This document shows, one piece after another, positions 29,666-38,368 of a stretch of 64,000 nt of DNA; the stretch's first letter is position 1; each line of letters starts with the position of its first letter. The stretch is taken from IMG/VR virus record IMGVR_UViG_3300045303_000182, positions 45,847 to 109,846 of that record; one strand, given 5' to 3'. The notes under the pieces were generated by a model. It was not told the origin of the DNA and searched no databases. It saw only the letters and a list, made by a program, of their open reading frames with translations. Made by a program: the position numbers and the translations under genes. The stretch is from a virus.

Positions 29666-29977
29666 TTATGGGGTTGGTTGACCAAGTAGATGGTCAGCGA
29701 GTTGTCGATGGAAGCCCTTGACGAGGGTCTGCGGGGGATCACCAAGCTCGTAGGGGTTCATCCCGATGAGCTCGTCAACCCCGTCCTCCGCAGGCTCGTA
29801 GAGCGGTACGCCTTCTTGGTACTCGGAGAGGTCGGACTCGGTGTCACTCGTTGACACATAGACGTAGAGCGCCTGGCGCTCCTCGTCCCACTGTGCGCCA
29901 TGGACCTTGACCTTGCCGTTGCGCGGCAGGTTGATGTCATATGCCAGCTTCCAGTACACGTCTTGCTTCTCAGCCAT
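29666..29977 (-). CDS. Hypothetical protein
   Basis: In operon, normal spacing to neighbours. Confidence 0.55.
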   Translation of the reverse strand: MAEKQDVYWKLAYDINLPRNGKVKVHGAQWDEERQALYVYVSTSDTESDLSEYQEGVPLYEPAEDGVDELIGMNPYELGDPPQTLVKGFHRQLADHLLGQPTP

Positions 29978-29980
29978 GTG

Positions 29981-31321
29981 TCAGTCGGGGAGGTACAGCG
30001 CCCCGGCCCCTCTCTTGGTCCGTCTGGTGAAAGTTGTCTCGGGCATCGCTGCCGCCTGCCAACCGTAAACCTTCTCAGGTGTGTACGACAGGGTGCGAGC
30101 GCCTGGCTCCGGGTGCAGCGTGCGGTGGATCTGCTCCTCGCCCCAGGCAGCGCCCTGCTGGTAGCGAATCTTGCCGAGGCCGCGCTCGCCCAGCACCTGC
30201 CGGAAGGCGAAGTCCATCGCAGCGTGAGCGTGAGGGATGCGGGCCATCGCCAACTCCCGCTCCGACTTGGAGCCAGTGTCAGCGCCCGACGGGTTGATGT
30301 TCTGCCCCGACCCCTTGATCCCGGAGAGGTGCGGGAGGGCGATCCCGGCCATGTGGATGTCGCCCACGGTGAACGGCGCAGCCTCGTCAACGAACGAGCC
30401 AGCGAACGGAGAGGTCTTCGGGGCTGCTCCGAACAGCGGGTTGCCCTCGGGTGAGGTCTTCGACGGCAGGCCCATCCAGTCGGTGATGTCAGCGCCCTCG
30501 ATGCCCTGCTTGAGGCCCCATCCAGCCTTGCGGACGTTGGTGAACATGCCGATGCCACCACTGCCGGGACCATGGGTCCGACCGATCTCCTTGAGATCCT
30601 CCCCGGAGATCTCGCGGAACTGCTCACCCGTCGTGTAGCGCCCGCTCTGAGCGATGTGTCCCGCCACCGCAGCAGCGTTCACGTTCGACGTGTTCATCGC
30701 CCCACCAAGGGTCGGCTCAGCGAACTTGTTCTTGGCCGAGGTCATGGCGATCGCTGCTGCCTGCCACTCGCTTGGGGCACCAGGGATAGCGCGCTCCAGC
30801 GACTTGCGAGCGAACGACTCAGGCTCGTAGAAGTTGGCGGCGTACGGCGTCGCCCCCATCTGGCTGGAGCGGGTGTACGCGCGATCGAGGCCACGGCCGA
30901 GGTCAGCCGTCATGCGGCCCAGGCTGGTGCCGTGTTGCTCGAGGCCGGCGTGAGCGCGGGTTCGCTCGTCATCGGAGAGGTCTTCCCAGCGCGTCGGCAA
31001 CGGGAAGGGGTTGTTGCCGTGCTCGGCCAGTTCGTTGAACTCGTACATCGACGGAGCAGCGCGGGCGTGCGTCTTCTCGATGTCGGTCCAGCCCATCTTC
31101 TCGTAGTGGGCAGCCATGTCGCCAACGCCGCGCAGCGGCGAGTCCATCTTCGACCCGCTCTGCTCGTAGGAGCGACGACGCGTCGTCAGCGTGTTCCGCA
31201 CGGCCACGTTCTCCGGGCGAGCCATGTCCTCGGGGGTGAAGCTGCGCTTGACGCCCTCGCTGACATCGGACGCCTCGCGGAGCGTCTGGAGCGGCCGACC
31301 TCTCTGTGGTGCTGTAGGCAT
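29981..31321 (-). CDS. HhH-GPD/DNA-glycosylase-like phage protein (DUF7178-like)
   Basis: NFY...AAIAMTSAKN...NV..A...NVRKA...PKT..F...TVGDIHM...QGAAW pattern recalled from this phage family. Confidence 0.5.
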   Translation of the reverse strand: MPTAPQRGRPLQTLREASDVSEGVKRSFTPEDMARPENVAVRNTLTTRRRSYEQSGSKMDSPLRGVGDMAAHYEKMGWTDIEKTHARAAPSMYEFNELAEHGNNPFPLPTRWEDLSDDERTRAHAGLEQHGTSLGRMTADLGRGLDRAYTRSSQMGATPYAANFYEPESFARKSLERAIPGAPSEWQAAAIAMTSAKNKFAEPTLGGAMNTSNVNAAAVAGHIAQSGRYTTGEQFREISGEDLKEIGRTHGPGSGGIGMFTNVRKAGWGLKQGIEGADITDWMGLPSKTSPEGNPLFGAAPKTSPFAGSFVDEAAPFTVGDIHMAGIALPHLSGIKGSGQNINPSGADTGSKSERELAMARIPHAHAAMDFAFRQVLGERGLGKIRYQQGAAWGEEQIHRTLHPEPGARTLSYTPEKVYGWQAAAMPETTFTRRTKRGAGALYLPD

Positions 31322-31354
31322 ACGAAATCAGTTTCCGTTCGCTAGCATAAACCC

Positions 31355-31552
31355 GTGGCTACCAACCAACTCACCGGAACCGGCTCGCTCATCGACCTCC
31401 TTGAGGCGCTGACTGACGAGCAGCTTGAGGAGCAGATCACGTACTGGCAGGAGCGCCGTTCCGAGGCGGTGGCGCGCGGCTACGCCTCCTGGCGCTACAG
31501 CCGCTCCATCGAGACGGCCTCCGGGATCCTGTCCAGCCGTCATTCCGCCTGA
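31355..31552 (+). CDS. Small protein antisense to the late operon
   Basis: Fills the gap between two minus-strand genes. TAGCAT -10 box lies 6 nt before the GTG at 31355. Confidence 0.6.
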   Translation: MATNQLTGTGSLIDLLEALTDEQLEEQITYWQERRSEAVARGYASWRYSRSIETASGILSSRHSA

Positions 31553-32151
31553 GCCGCCCTCCGAGCCTTGATCTTGGACTCCTTGGCTGCCTTGGCGTCA
31601 CGCACCGGTTGATTGGCCCAACTGGCGATCTCCGGGTACTTCTCCGGGTCGAGCGCAGTGGCCGGGTTGTTCTTGATGACGTTGGCGAACTCGGGGAACG
31701 CCGCCGACAGCCGAGCCGGGGGAGTGTGCTCCGACCCGGTGAACCATGGGTTCGGCTCCTCGGCCATGTCGTGGAGGCTGAACGACGCTTCCTGGCCGCG
31801 CAGAATCTGCGCTCGGCGTGAGTTGCTATGTCCCTGCGGCGTGGCCGGATAGACCTTCGGGATGTCGAGCACGCTGGCGTCGTCGGACTGCCAGCCGCCG
31901 ATCATCTCCTGGCCGCGACCCTTGGCCTTCTGCTGCTGCCAGAGCGGAGCCGACCCGGCAACGTAGCCAGCGAGGTGTGCCTCGTCGGCGGTCCCGCCAA
32001 CACGAAGCTCAGCAGCGGGGTGCGCTGCCACCGAATAGCCCTCGGTGACGAAGTCGCGCTTGCGGGGGTCGTACGTGAAGCCACCCTCCGTCGCGAGACG
32101 GTTCTTCATCTCACCGAACTGGTGATCGCTGGTAACTCCACTCCCACTCAT
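31540..32151 (-). CDS. Conserved phage effector-like domain of unknown function
   Basis: GGFTYDP...GYSVA...IGGW....LD...GQEASFSL. Start MSGSG by ATGA overlap. Confidence 0.55.
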   Translation of the reverse strand: MSGSGVTSDHQFGEMKNRLATEGGFTYDPRKRDFVTEGYSVAAHPAAELRVGGTADEAHLAGYVAGSAPLWQQQKAKGRGQEMIGGWQSDDASVLDIPKVYPATPQGHSNSRRAQILRGQEASFSLHDMAEEPNPWFTGSEHTPPARLSAAFPEFANVIKNNPATALDPEKYPEIASWANQPVRDAKAAKESKIKARRAAQAE

Positions 32152-32450
32152 CCCTGCGGACTCCTTGGCTTGACCCACCCCTTGCTGATCTGCTTGGCCC
32201 GCTGACGGGCCTGGATCTCGGGTTCCCGGATGTACTGCGGCTGGAGCGCCGGCGGAAGCTCATGCTTCTTGAGGTAGTTCTCCTTGGCCGCTGTGATCGC
32301 TGCTGGCGTGTTCTCCAGCATCTCAAAGCCGGTCTTCGACCGACTCGGCCCGACGGGCTTGATGAGATACTTGCCCAGGTTGGACTTGGGACGACCAGGA
32401 GCCGCCTTGGTCCAATCGACCAACACCGTGCCCTTCTTGAGGGCGGGCAC
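32148..32450 (-). CDS. Basic hypothetical protein
   Basis: In operon. Confidence 0.55.
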   Translation of the reverse strand: MPALKKGTVLVDWTKAAPGRPKSNLGKYLIKPVGPSRSKTGFEMLENTPAAITAAKENYLKKHELPPALQPQYIREPEIQARQRAKQISKGWVKPRSPQG

Positions 32451-32453
32451 GGG

Positions 32454-32816
32454 TCAGTCCTGGACGTTCGCCGGGTTGATGCGGATCAGCCGTCGCTCGG
32501 AGCCAAGCTCCATCTCGAACTGCGGCGGCAACTGGCCGACCGAAGCGCCGATGACGAAGTCCTGGAGCATGGTCGGTGCCTCGATCCAGGTTGCGCTGCC
32601 GACGTGAGCTCGCTCACGCATGGTCTGCATCGGATCCTTGACGCAGACGAAGGGACGGCCACGACCGTCACCGCCCGGATCACCGTAGGCACCCTGGCCG
32701 AAGTCGGCGGGGATGTCGGTGTCGGTGGCGACGCCCTCTTCGAAGCGAAGGGGACCACGCCGCGCGGTGTTGATCGCGATGGCGTGCTCGTAGCCCGATT
32801 CTGGACGGTATGACAT
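32454..32816 (-). CDS. Conserved head-associated hypothetical protein
   Basis: RGPLRFEEGVATDTDIP...RERAHVGSATWIEAP; AGGAGG RBS. Confidence 0.65.
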   Translation of the reverse strand: MSYRPESGYEHAIAINTARRGPLRFEEGVATDTDIPADFGQGAYGDPGGDGRGRPFVCVKDPMQTMRERAHVGSATWIEAPTMLQDFVIGASVGQLPPQFEMELGSERRLIRINPANVQD

Positions 32817-32879
32817 ACGGGCCTCCTGTTAGCTGGCTATGGACGGAGCATAGCCCTATACCACGACCTGGCTGAGGTA

Positions 32880-33908
32880 TCAGGACTCGGGCTTCCGCAG
32901 CTTCCACTTCTCTTCGTCCCGACGGGGAGTCCCAAGCCGAACGTCGGCGGGTGTCTCACCTTCGAATGGCAACCCCAACTGCGTACCGACACCGCCCGGA
33001 CGCATGTCTTCCTTCACCTTGATCGACGGGTCGTAGCCAGCCTCGGCCAGATGGACCAACGCCGGATGCGGCTTGTTGCGGAACGCGTGCTCGTCGCCGG
33101 TCCAGCCGTACTTCTCGCTGGCGGGTCGCCCGTTGAGCGGGTTCCGCGCCTGCATCACATCCTCCGACCACGTCCTTGCCGTCTCGGGTAGTGCCCGATA
33201 CGAGGTAGAGCCGACAGCCTCCACGTCGTTGCGATAGGCGAGCGTCTTGCCTTGCTCAACCAGATCGGTGGCCTTCTCGGCGTAGTTGGCAGCAGAATCA
33301 GACCAACGGGTGTCCTTGGTTCGCTCACCTGTCTCCCGGTTGACAATGTCGTTGTTGGATCGGTACGGACCGCCAGCGATCGACCCACCGGGCCTCTCCG
33401 TCATGAACGTTCCTCGAGGCGGGTCTGCCAACGTCTCAGCAGGGATGCGCGCTGGGTGCATGAACGGACGCGGCGCGCGTGACGCAGCGGCCTCCAGGTC
33501 ACCGAAGTGCATGCCCACCGCCGAGCCGTAGTTGGTCATCGGGCGCTCTTGGGAGTCCACCGACCAGTCCCGGTAGTCCTCGTTCTCCTCGCCCTCGTCG
33601 TCGTAGTAGGCGTTGCCCCAGTCAGCACCTTCGAAGTCGGACGGGTCACTCGCTCGGTGCTCGTACTCGTCCGAGCGCGCAAGTTGCGAGTCCTCGGAGC
33701 CGTGCCAGGAGATCACGTCGTCGTGTGCCGGCGTGTCGCTCTGGCGCATCCAGTTCGACGGGTGGAGCCGCATCGGGTCACCCGTGTAGCCGCCAGTGGG
33801 AGCGAACAGTCGGCCCTGGGGGTGCTTCTCGGTGCCCTCGTAGGGCCGCGACTTGTCAGCAAGCCACAGGTGCCGCGTCTGTTGCGACAGGTGCTCGCCG
33901 TCAGCCAC
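32880..33908 (-). CDS. Putative ADP-ribosyltransferase (ART-PolyVal-like)
   Basis: WHGS...GMHFG...AA..R...YRNDVEAVGSTSY matches the H-H/Y-E ART pattern of polyvalent proteins. Confidence 0.6.
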   Translation of the reverse strand: MADGEHLSQQTRHLWLADKSRPYEGTEKHPQGRLFAPTGGYTGDPMRLHPSNWMRQSDTPAHDDVISWHGSEDSQLARSDEYEHRASDPSDFEGADWGNAYYDDEGEENEDYRDWSVDSQERPMTNYGSAVGMHFGDLEAAASRAPRPFMHPARIPAETLADPPRGTFMTERPGGSIAGGPYRSNNDIVNRETGERTKDTRWSDSAANYAEKATDLVEQGKTLAYRNDVEAVGSTSYRALPETARTWSEDVMQARNPLNGRPASEKYGWTGDEHAFRNKPHPALVHLAEAGYDPSIKVKEDMRPGGVGTQLGLPFEGETPADVRLGTPRRDEEKWKLRKPES

Positions 33909-34167
33909 GACTACTCAGCCCACGGCCGAAGTCCTTGGCACGACCTCGCTCCGTGGCTTCGAACGCCTCATCCTCGATGCGGTCAGCGTGCTCAGCAGTG
34001 CCACCAACGGAGTGGAAGTCCTGACGAGCCTGCGTCCAGGCTTCATCCAGGTTGGCGCTCGCGTTGAGGATGTCGGGGTGCCGATAGTCAGCGTTGGGAT
34101 ACGCGGCTCGGTGAGCGGCAGCGGCAGAGACAGCCTCACGAAGCCTTTGGTCAGGCGAGAGAGCCAT
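33901..34167 (-). CDS. Hypothetical protein (N-terminal LSPDQ)
   Basis: TAGCGT-N6-ATG leaderless-type start. Confidence 0.6.
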   Translation of the reverse strand: MALSPDQRLREAVSAAAAHRAAYPNADYRHPDILNASANLDEAWTQARQDFHSVGGTAEHADRIEDEAFEATERGRAKDFGRGLSSRG

Positions 34168-34179
34168 GACCGGACGCTA

Positions 34180-35781
34180 CTACCGGAAGAAGGGCGAATC
34201 GATGACTTCGACCAGCGGCACCGAGTCACCGATCGTGCAAGCGCAGGCCAGCGCAGCCGAGTCCACGTAGTCGTCGTGGGCCTCTCGCTCGCTGGGAGCC
34301 TCGATGAGGAGGTACTGGCCCTTCATCACCTTCTCAGCGTCGGACATCTGCTGGCGGAAGCGCCGCCAGACGCGCGTACGCCGCGCCTTGCTGTGGCCGG
34401 GGTAGATCAGCATCTGGCGCTGTGTCAGTTGGATGAGGTGCTTCCACCGCTCCGACTGCGTCTTGGCGTCGCTGTTCATCGGGATGACCTCGCAGCGCGA
34501 TCCCATCAGCCGCTGGATGCGATCGGCCACGGCGGAACCCATGCCCTGGGCGTCCACGGCGATGTGGGAGATGACATACGGGTCGAGGAACTCCATGATC
34601 TGGAAGTACTGCTCCTCCCACGCGGTGTTGTGGATCTCCAGCCAGTTGAGGATGCGGTGCTCGCGGTACCCGGCAGCGTCGGGGTGGTCCCAGTCCACCC
34701 AGCACACCGTCACGACGGTCGAGTCCTTCACACGGGCCGGGTCGATGCCCACGACGCACGGCGTGCGGTGCCACGCCTTCATCAGCGGCATGCTCTTGTC
34801 GGCCAGCATGTCCAACTCGTCCTCGGTGATGAGCATGCCTCGGTCGAGCATCCACTTGAGGCAGTAGCTCATCTGGAACTCTTCGGAGTCCTCCCCGAGG
34901 CGGTACTTCTCCTTCTCCACGAACTTGCGGTACGCCTCGTTGTACTTCGACACGACGCGGTAGTCGTATTCGAAGTGGTTCGTGCGCCGGCCGCGCGCCC
35001 GACGCTTGTTGAGGTTGATGGCCTTGTAGAAGTCACCCTTGTGGTAGCCGGGGGTGCCGATCTTGACCATCGAGCCACCGGTCGAGGCGAGCATGGGGTG
35101 GATCGACTTGCGGATCACCTGCTCGTCAGCGTCCTGGCACTCGTCCACGACGAGGATGTGATACGTCGAACCTTCGATCTTCGCCCGAGGGTTGGCGGTG
35201 TGCCGACGGCAGCGGGAGCCGTTGGAGAGCTTCAACTCCCGGCTCTTGGCGTCGAGCTTGGTGGCGATCTCGGGATCCTGAAGGAAGTGACCGGCGCGGT
35301 CGCTGCTGAGGCGGTCGATCAGGCGGCGGTAGACGATCTCGCTCTGCTCATCGACCGGGGCGAACAGACCCACCCACACGCCGTTCTTGAAGCGCTCCAG
35401 GATGGGATACGTCTTCGCCAGGATCGGGAAGAGGATCATCACCCCGGCCAGGGTGGTCGCCACGACCTCGCTCTTGCCTGACTGGCGGGCCAGGAGGCCG
35501 GTCATCTCCTCAGCGTCCTGGAGGACCAGGGACTCGATCATCCGGTACGACATCGCCCGCTGGTACGGGTAGAAGTCCTCGCCCCACAGTTCCTCGCAGA
35601 ACAGGATCGTGCGCTTGACGAGCTCATCCACGAACCCGGCCATCTCGGGGTCGAGCAGGACGAAGGACTCATCCTCGGCCTGGATGTTCTCGCCCTCGTC
35701 GTCCTCAGCCTCCGCAGCGAGTTGCTCCTCAAGCTCTTCGTCGCTGGGGCCGTAGCCAAGGTCTTCGATGGTGACAGCCAC
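34180..35781 (-). CDS. terL: Terminase large subunit
   Basis: ARQSGKS Walker A, LVVDECQ Walker B, IGTP coupling motif, VGIDPA and HDDYVDS nuclease motifs. Confidence 0.95.
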   Translation of the reverse strand: MAVTIEDLGYGPSDEELEEQLAAEAEDDEGENIQAEDESFVLLDPEMAGFVDELVKRTILFCEELWGEDFYPYQRAMSYRMIESLVLQDAEEMTGLLARQSGKSEVVATTLAGVMILFPILAKTYPILERFKNGVWVGLFAPVDEQSEIVYRRLIDRLSSDRAGHFLQDPEIATKLDAKSRELKLSNGSRCRRHTANPRAKIEGSTYHILVVDECQDADEQVIRKSIHPMLASTGGSMVKIGTPGYHKGDFYKAINLNKRRARGRRTNHFEYDYRVVSKYNEAYRKFVEKEKYRLGEDSEEFQMSYCLKWMLDRGMLITEDELDMLADKSMPLMKAWHRTPCVVGIDPARVKDSTVVTVCWVDWDHPDAAGYREHRILNWLEIHNTAWEEQYFQIMEFLDPYVISHIAVDAQGMGSAVADRIQRLMGSRCEVIPMNSDAKTQSERWKHLIQLTQRQMLIYPGHSKARRTRVWRRFRQQMSDAEKVMKGQYLLIEAPSEREAHDDYVDSAALACACTIGDSVPLVEVIDSPFFR

Positions 35782-35964
35782 GCTGGGAACTCTAGGCCGT
35801 ATCCCGATACCAGGAGAAGACGCTCGCTCGGAGCGCCTCGAGCTCGAGGCCCCCTTGGTTGTCGCGGTTGTAGGGAGGAACGAAAGCGGATCCTCGCGTG
35901 ACGTTGGTCACACTGGCGGGCACCGAGGGCAGAAGCTGCGTTCAGGCGTGTCCTGATCCGCGCT

Positions 35965-36198
35965 TCACTCCGTATCGAGGTACGAGGCGTCGCGAGGTAT
36001 CACACGCTTGCGTGGTGGCTCTGGCTCTACGACCGGCTCTTCCACGTCGAGCTTCTTCGGCTTGCCGAGGCCGCGGTGGTAACCGGGGCACGCTGCCAGA
36101 TGGTTCGCTACTGCCTGCTGCAGGGACACTCGCCTCATGTCAGGTGATGAGGTCCAGCCTCCGCAGTACTCGCAGAGGTGCCTCGCCTTGCGCGGCAC
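35965..36198 (-). CDS. Small Zn-finger protein
   Basis: CEYC...H...C. Confidence 0.5.
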   Translation of the reverse strand: MPRKARHLCEYCGGWTSSPDMRRVSLQQAVANHLAACPGYHRGLGKPKKLDVEEPVVEPEPPRKRVIPRDASYLDTE

Positions 36199-36666
36199 CT
36201 ATTGGTCTGTTCGGCCGTCGTCCAGCAGCCAGAGCACGCACGACGCCAGGTCGAACACGTCGCATGGGTGGCGAGTGTAGTGACACACAGCGCAGCGCTC
36301 GTAGCCGTTATCCGGCTGCTGGGAAGGGTCGTGAGCGCTCTGCAGGTCGAGGGCGAAGCGGCGCAGGTCGTCTCGACCCCAGCCGTTGACATCGTCGCGC
36401 GGCTTGGGGTGATCGTCCTTGCACTCGTCGCACGGCTTCATGATCGGTGCCGGCGCTTGGCCGGGGGCCAGGGTGAAGCCCATCGGTAGGTGGCAGGTGC
36501 AGTGGCACACGAAGACCTTGGGCGGCTTCGCGGCCACCTGGGTCATCGCATCGACCAGCACCTGGCGCTGCTGGTGCGGCTCAAGCTCTTCGATCTGAGC
36601 GAGCACAGCACCCACCACGAACCGAGGGTCGGAGAAGTCCTGGTCGTCAGTCACGGATGACGCCAT
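36199..36666 (-). CDS. Cys/His-rich hypothetical protein
   Basis: CHCTCH, CDEC, CAVC. Confidence 0.5.
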   Translation of the reverse strand: MASSVTDDQDFSDPRFVVGAVLAQIEELEPHQQRQVLVDAMTQVAAKPPKVFVCHCTCHLPMGFTLAPGQAPAPIMKPCDECKDDHPKPRDDVNGWGRDDLRRFALDLQSAHDPSQQPDNGYERCAVCHYTRHPCDVFDLASCVLWLLDDGRTDQ

Positions 36667-36916
36667 TCTCGTCCATGAACATGATGTCCATGCGCTTGCC
36701 GTTGGCCCGGAAGATGGCCTTGAGGTGCATCAGCAGATCGACCATCGGCTCGGTGTCGTCCTCGTAGCCGTGGCACTCGATGCCGCCGCGCTTGCCGTCG
36801 TCCAGGAAGACGATGCACTTGTCGCCCTCTCGGTGCTCGGGGTGCGAGTCGAAGACCTCCGTCATCGCCTCGCACATCCGAGTCAGCCGGTCCGTCGGCT
36901 CTCGGTCAATCGCCAT
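36647..36916 (-). CDS. Hypothetical protein
   Basis: Start MAIDRE after AAGGAG. Confidence 0.55.
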   Translation of the reverse strand: MAIDREPTDRLTRMCEAMTEVFDSHPEHREGDKCIVFLDDGKRGGIECHGYEDDTEPMVDLLMHLKAIFRANGKRMDIMFMDENGVIRD

Positions 36917-37211
36917 TGGTGTTGCGCTCCTTGTAGTACTCCGATGAGGCCCGAGCGCATGCGATGCCCTGGCAGCCCTGACGCCTCCGGTAGAGCGAGG
37001 CGTCGGGGCATGTTGATGAGTCACGGTCGGGATCGACGCCACAGACGCCCTCGACGTGAACCGTGATCTTCTTGGCGGGTCGCCCGCCCTTGCGTTGGCT
37101 CTCCAGTTGGGTGACGCGGGCAGTCAGTAGTCCCACCTGGAAGATGAGATAGTCGATCTGCTCCTGGGGAGTGCGGCGACGCAGGACGACCTCGCGGTCG
37201 TCAGTGCTCAT
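36906..37211 (-). CDS. Hypothetical Cys-containing protein
   Basis: ATGA overlap; Y...GC....C motif. Confidence 0.5.
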   Translation of the reverse strand: MSTDDREVVLRRRTPQEQIDYLIFQVGLLTARVTQLESQRKGGRPAKKITVHVEGVCGVDPDRDSSTCPDASLYRRRQGCQGIACARASSEYYKERNTNGD

Positions 37212-37552
37212 GAGATACGCACTGCCAATCCGCAATCAGCGCACCGCACAGGCGAGGGGATCTGAGGCTCCCACACAGCCGAGCGGCCGTCCTCGGAGCG
37301 GCTGTTGTGCATCGGGATGCGAATCTCCCGCCCGTGCGGACACGGCTCGTCGTCACCCGGACCAGCACACGGTGTGAGCGGGTCCGAGGCGAGGAGCCGG
37401 AACATCTTCGAATAGAAGTCCGGTCGTCCGCGAAGCGCATCGGTCAGGGCGTCAGCCACTTGCTCACGCACGACCTGATCGATGTCGAGTCGCGCGATGG
37501 CGTCGGCCAGCGGCAGGTACTTCCTGTCGAAGCGCCGTTGGGAGGGGTTCAT
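37208..37552 (-). CDS. Hypothetical Zn-binding protein
   Basis: ATGA overlap; CPH, CADC. Confidence 0.5.
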   Translation of the reverse strand: MNPSQRRFDRKYLPLADAIARLDIDQVVREQVADALTDALRGRPDFYSKMFRLLASDPLTPCAGPGDDEPCPHGREIRIPMHNSRSEDGRSAVWEPQIPSPVRCADCGLAVRIS

Positions 37553-37863
37553 GACGCCGTGAGCGGCTCGTTCAGCGACGGCACTACGGAGATCTCAAAG
37601 ACGATGCCTCCGGGGGCCAGACCGAACAGGAGGCCACGCTCGTCCACCTCTTCGTGCTGCCACTGGACCGTGTCGCGGTTGGCGGCGGTGTCGCGCAGCC
37701 CCTCGATGAGGTTGATGGCGTCGTCGGTCGTCTTGGCGTCGAAGGTGCGGAGGACTTCCATGTCCCCGACAGCGCCCTTGGAGAGCTTGACGGTGTAGTG
37801 GTCGTAGGTGGCGAACTCGAGGTCGAGCACGCCCTGGTTGGGATCAGGTGTAGGTGAGGTCAT
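37549..37863 (-). CDS. Hypothetical protein
   Basis: TATCGT-N7-ATG leaderless-type start. Confidence 0.6.
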   Translation of the reverse strand: MTSPTPDPNQGVLDLEFATYDHYTVKLSKGAVGDMEVLRTFDAKTTDDAINLIEGLRDTAANRDTVQWQHEEVDERGLLFGLAPGGIVFEISVVPSLNEPLTAS

Positions 37864-37878
37864 GCCGCAAACGATATC

Positions 37879-38121
37879 TCAAATCGTTTGCAGATTCAAC
37901 TTCCGCTGCAAGGCCCGTATGGCACCCAGTTGCTGCTCGGTCAGCACCTCAAGCTGAGACAGCACCCACTCCTGGTCCAGTTCCGAGTGACTCAGCCCCC
38001 GGAACATCTCCCCGTTCCTCATCATCGCCGCTTCCAGCATGTCGATCAGGTCTGCCCTCGCGAAGCGATCGAACTTGCTCGGGGGTGGGAAACTCTTCTG
38101 CTGCTTCTTCCTCAGGGCCAT
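37879..38121 (-). CDS. Hypothetical helical protein
   Basis: GGAAGGAAGAG RBS; overlaps the tail of the upstream ORF. Confidence 0.5.
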   Translation of the reverse strand: MALRKKQQKSFPPPSKFDRFARADLIDMLEAAMMRNGEMFRGLSHSELDQEWVLSQLEVLTEQQLGAIRALQRKLNLQTI

Positions 38122-38368
38122 CGCTCTTCCTTCCCCACGCTCCGATCTGATTCGGATCGACCTCCAGGCCCCATGGTGTCACAGTGCTCTTGTACCGGCA
38201 GGTGCCGATGTGCAGCCAATGCTTATGTGATACCCGGATACGGAATGCGAAGGTCGAGTAGCGATAGGGGGGTAACGCCTCCTCCATCGTCGCCTTGGTC
38301 AGGAAGGACCGGTCCTGGGCGTCGCGCTCGACACCCCAGTAGATCGGCACGCCGCGTATCAGGATCAA
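37949..38368 (-). CDS. Hypothetical protein
   Basis: TTG start overlapping the GNAT stop; long overlap with the next ORF. Confidence 0.45.
   Translation of the reverse strand: MILIRGVPIYWGVERDAQDRSFLTKATMEEALPPYRYSTFAFRIRVSHKHWLHIGTCRYKSTVTPWGLEVDPNQIGAWGRKSDGPEEEAAEEFPTPEQVRSLREGRPDRHAGSGDDEERGDVPGAESLGTGPGVGAVSA

Noticed and set aside
35811-35954. Hammerhead ribozyme, SRP RNA or tRNA
   Set aside because: Lacks the CUGANGA core, the SRP loop motif and tRNA T/D loops. Kept only as an unknown structured candidate.
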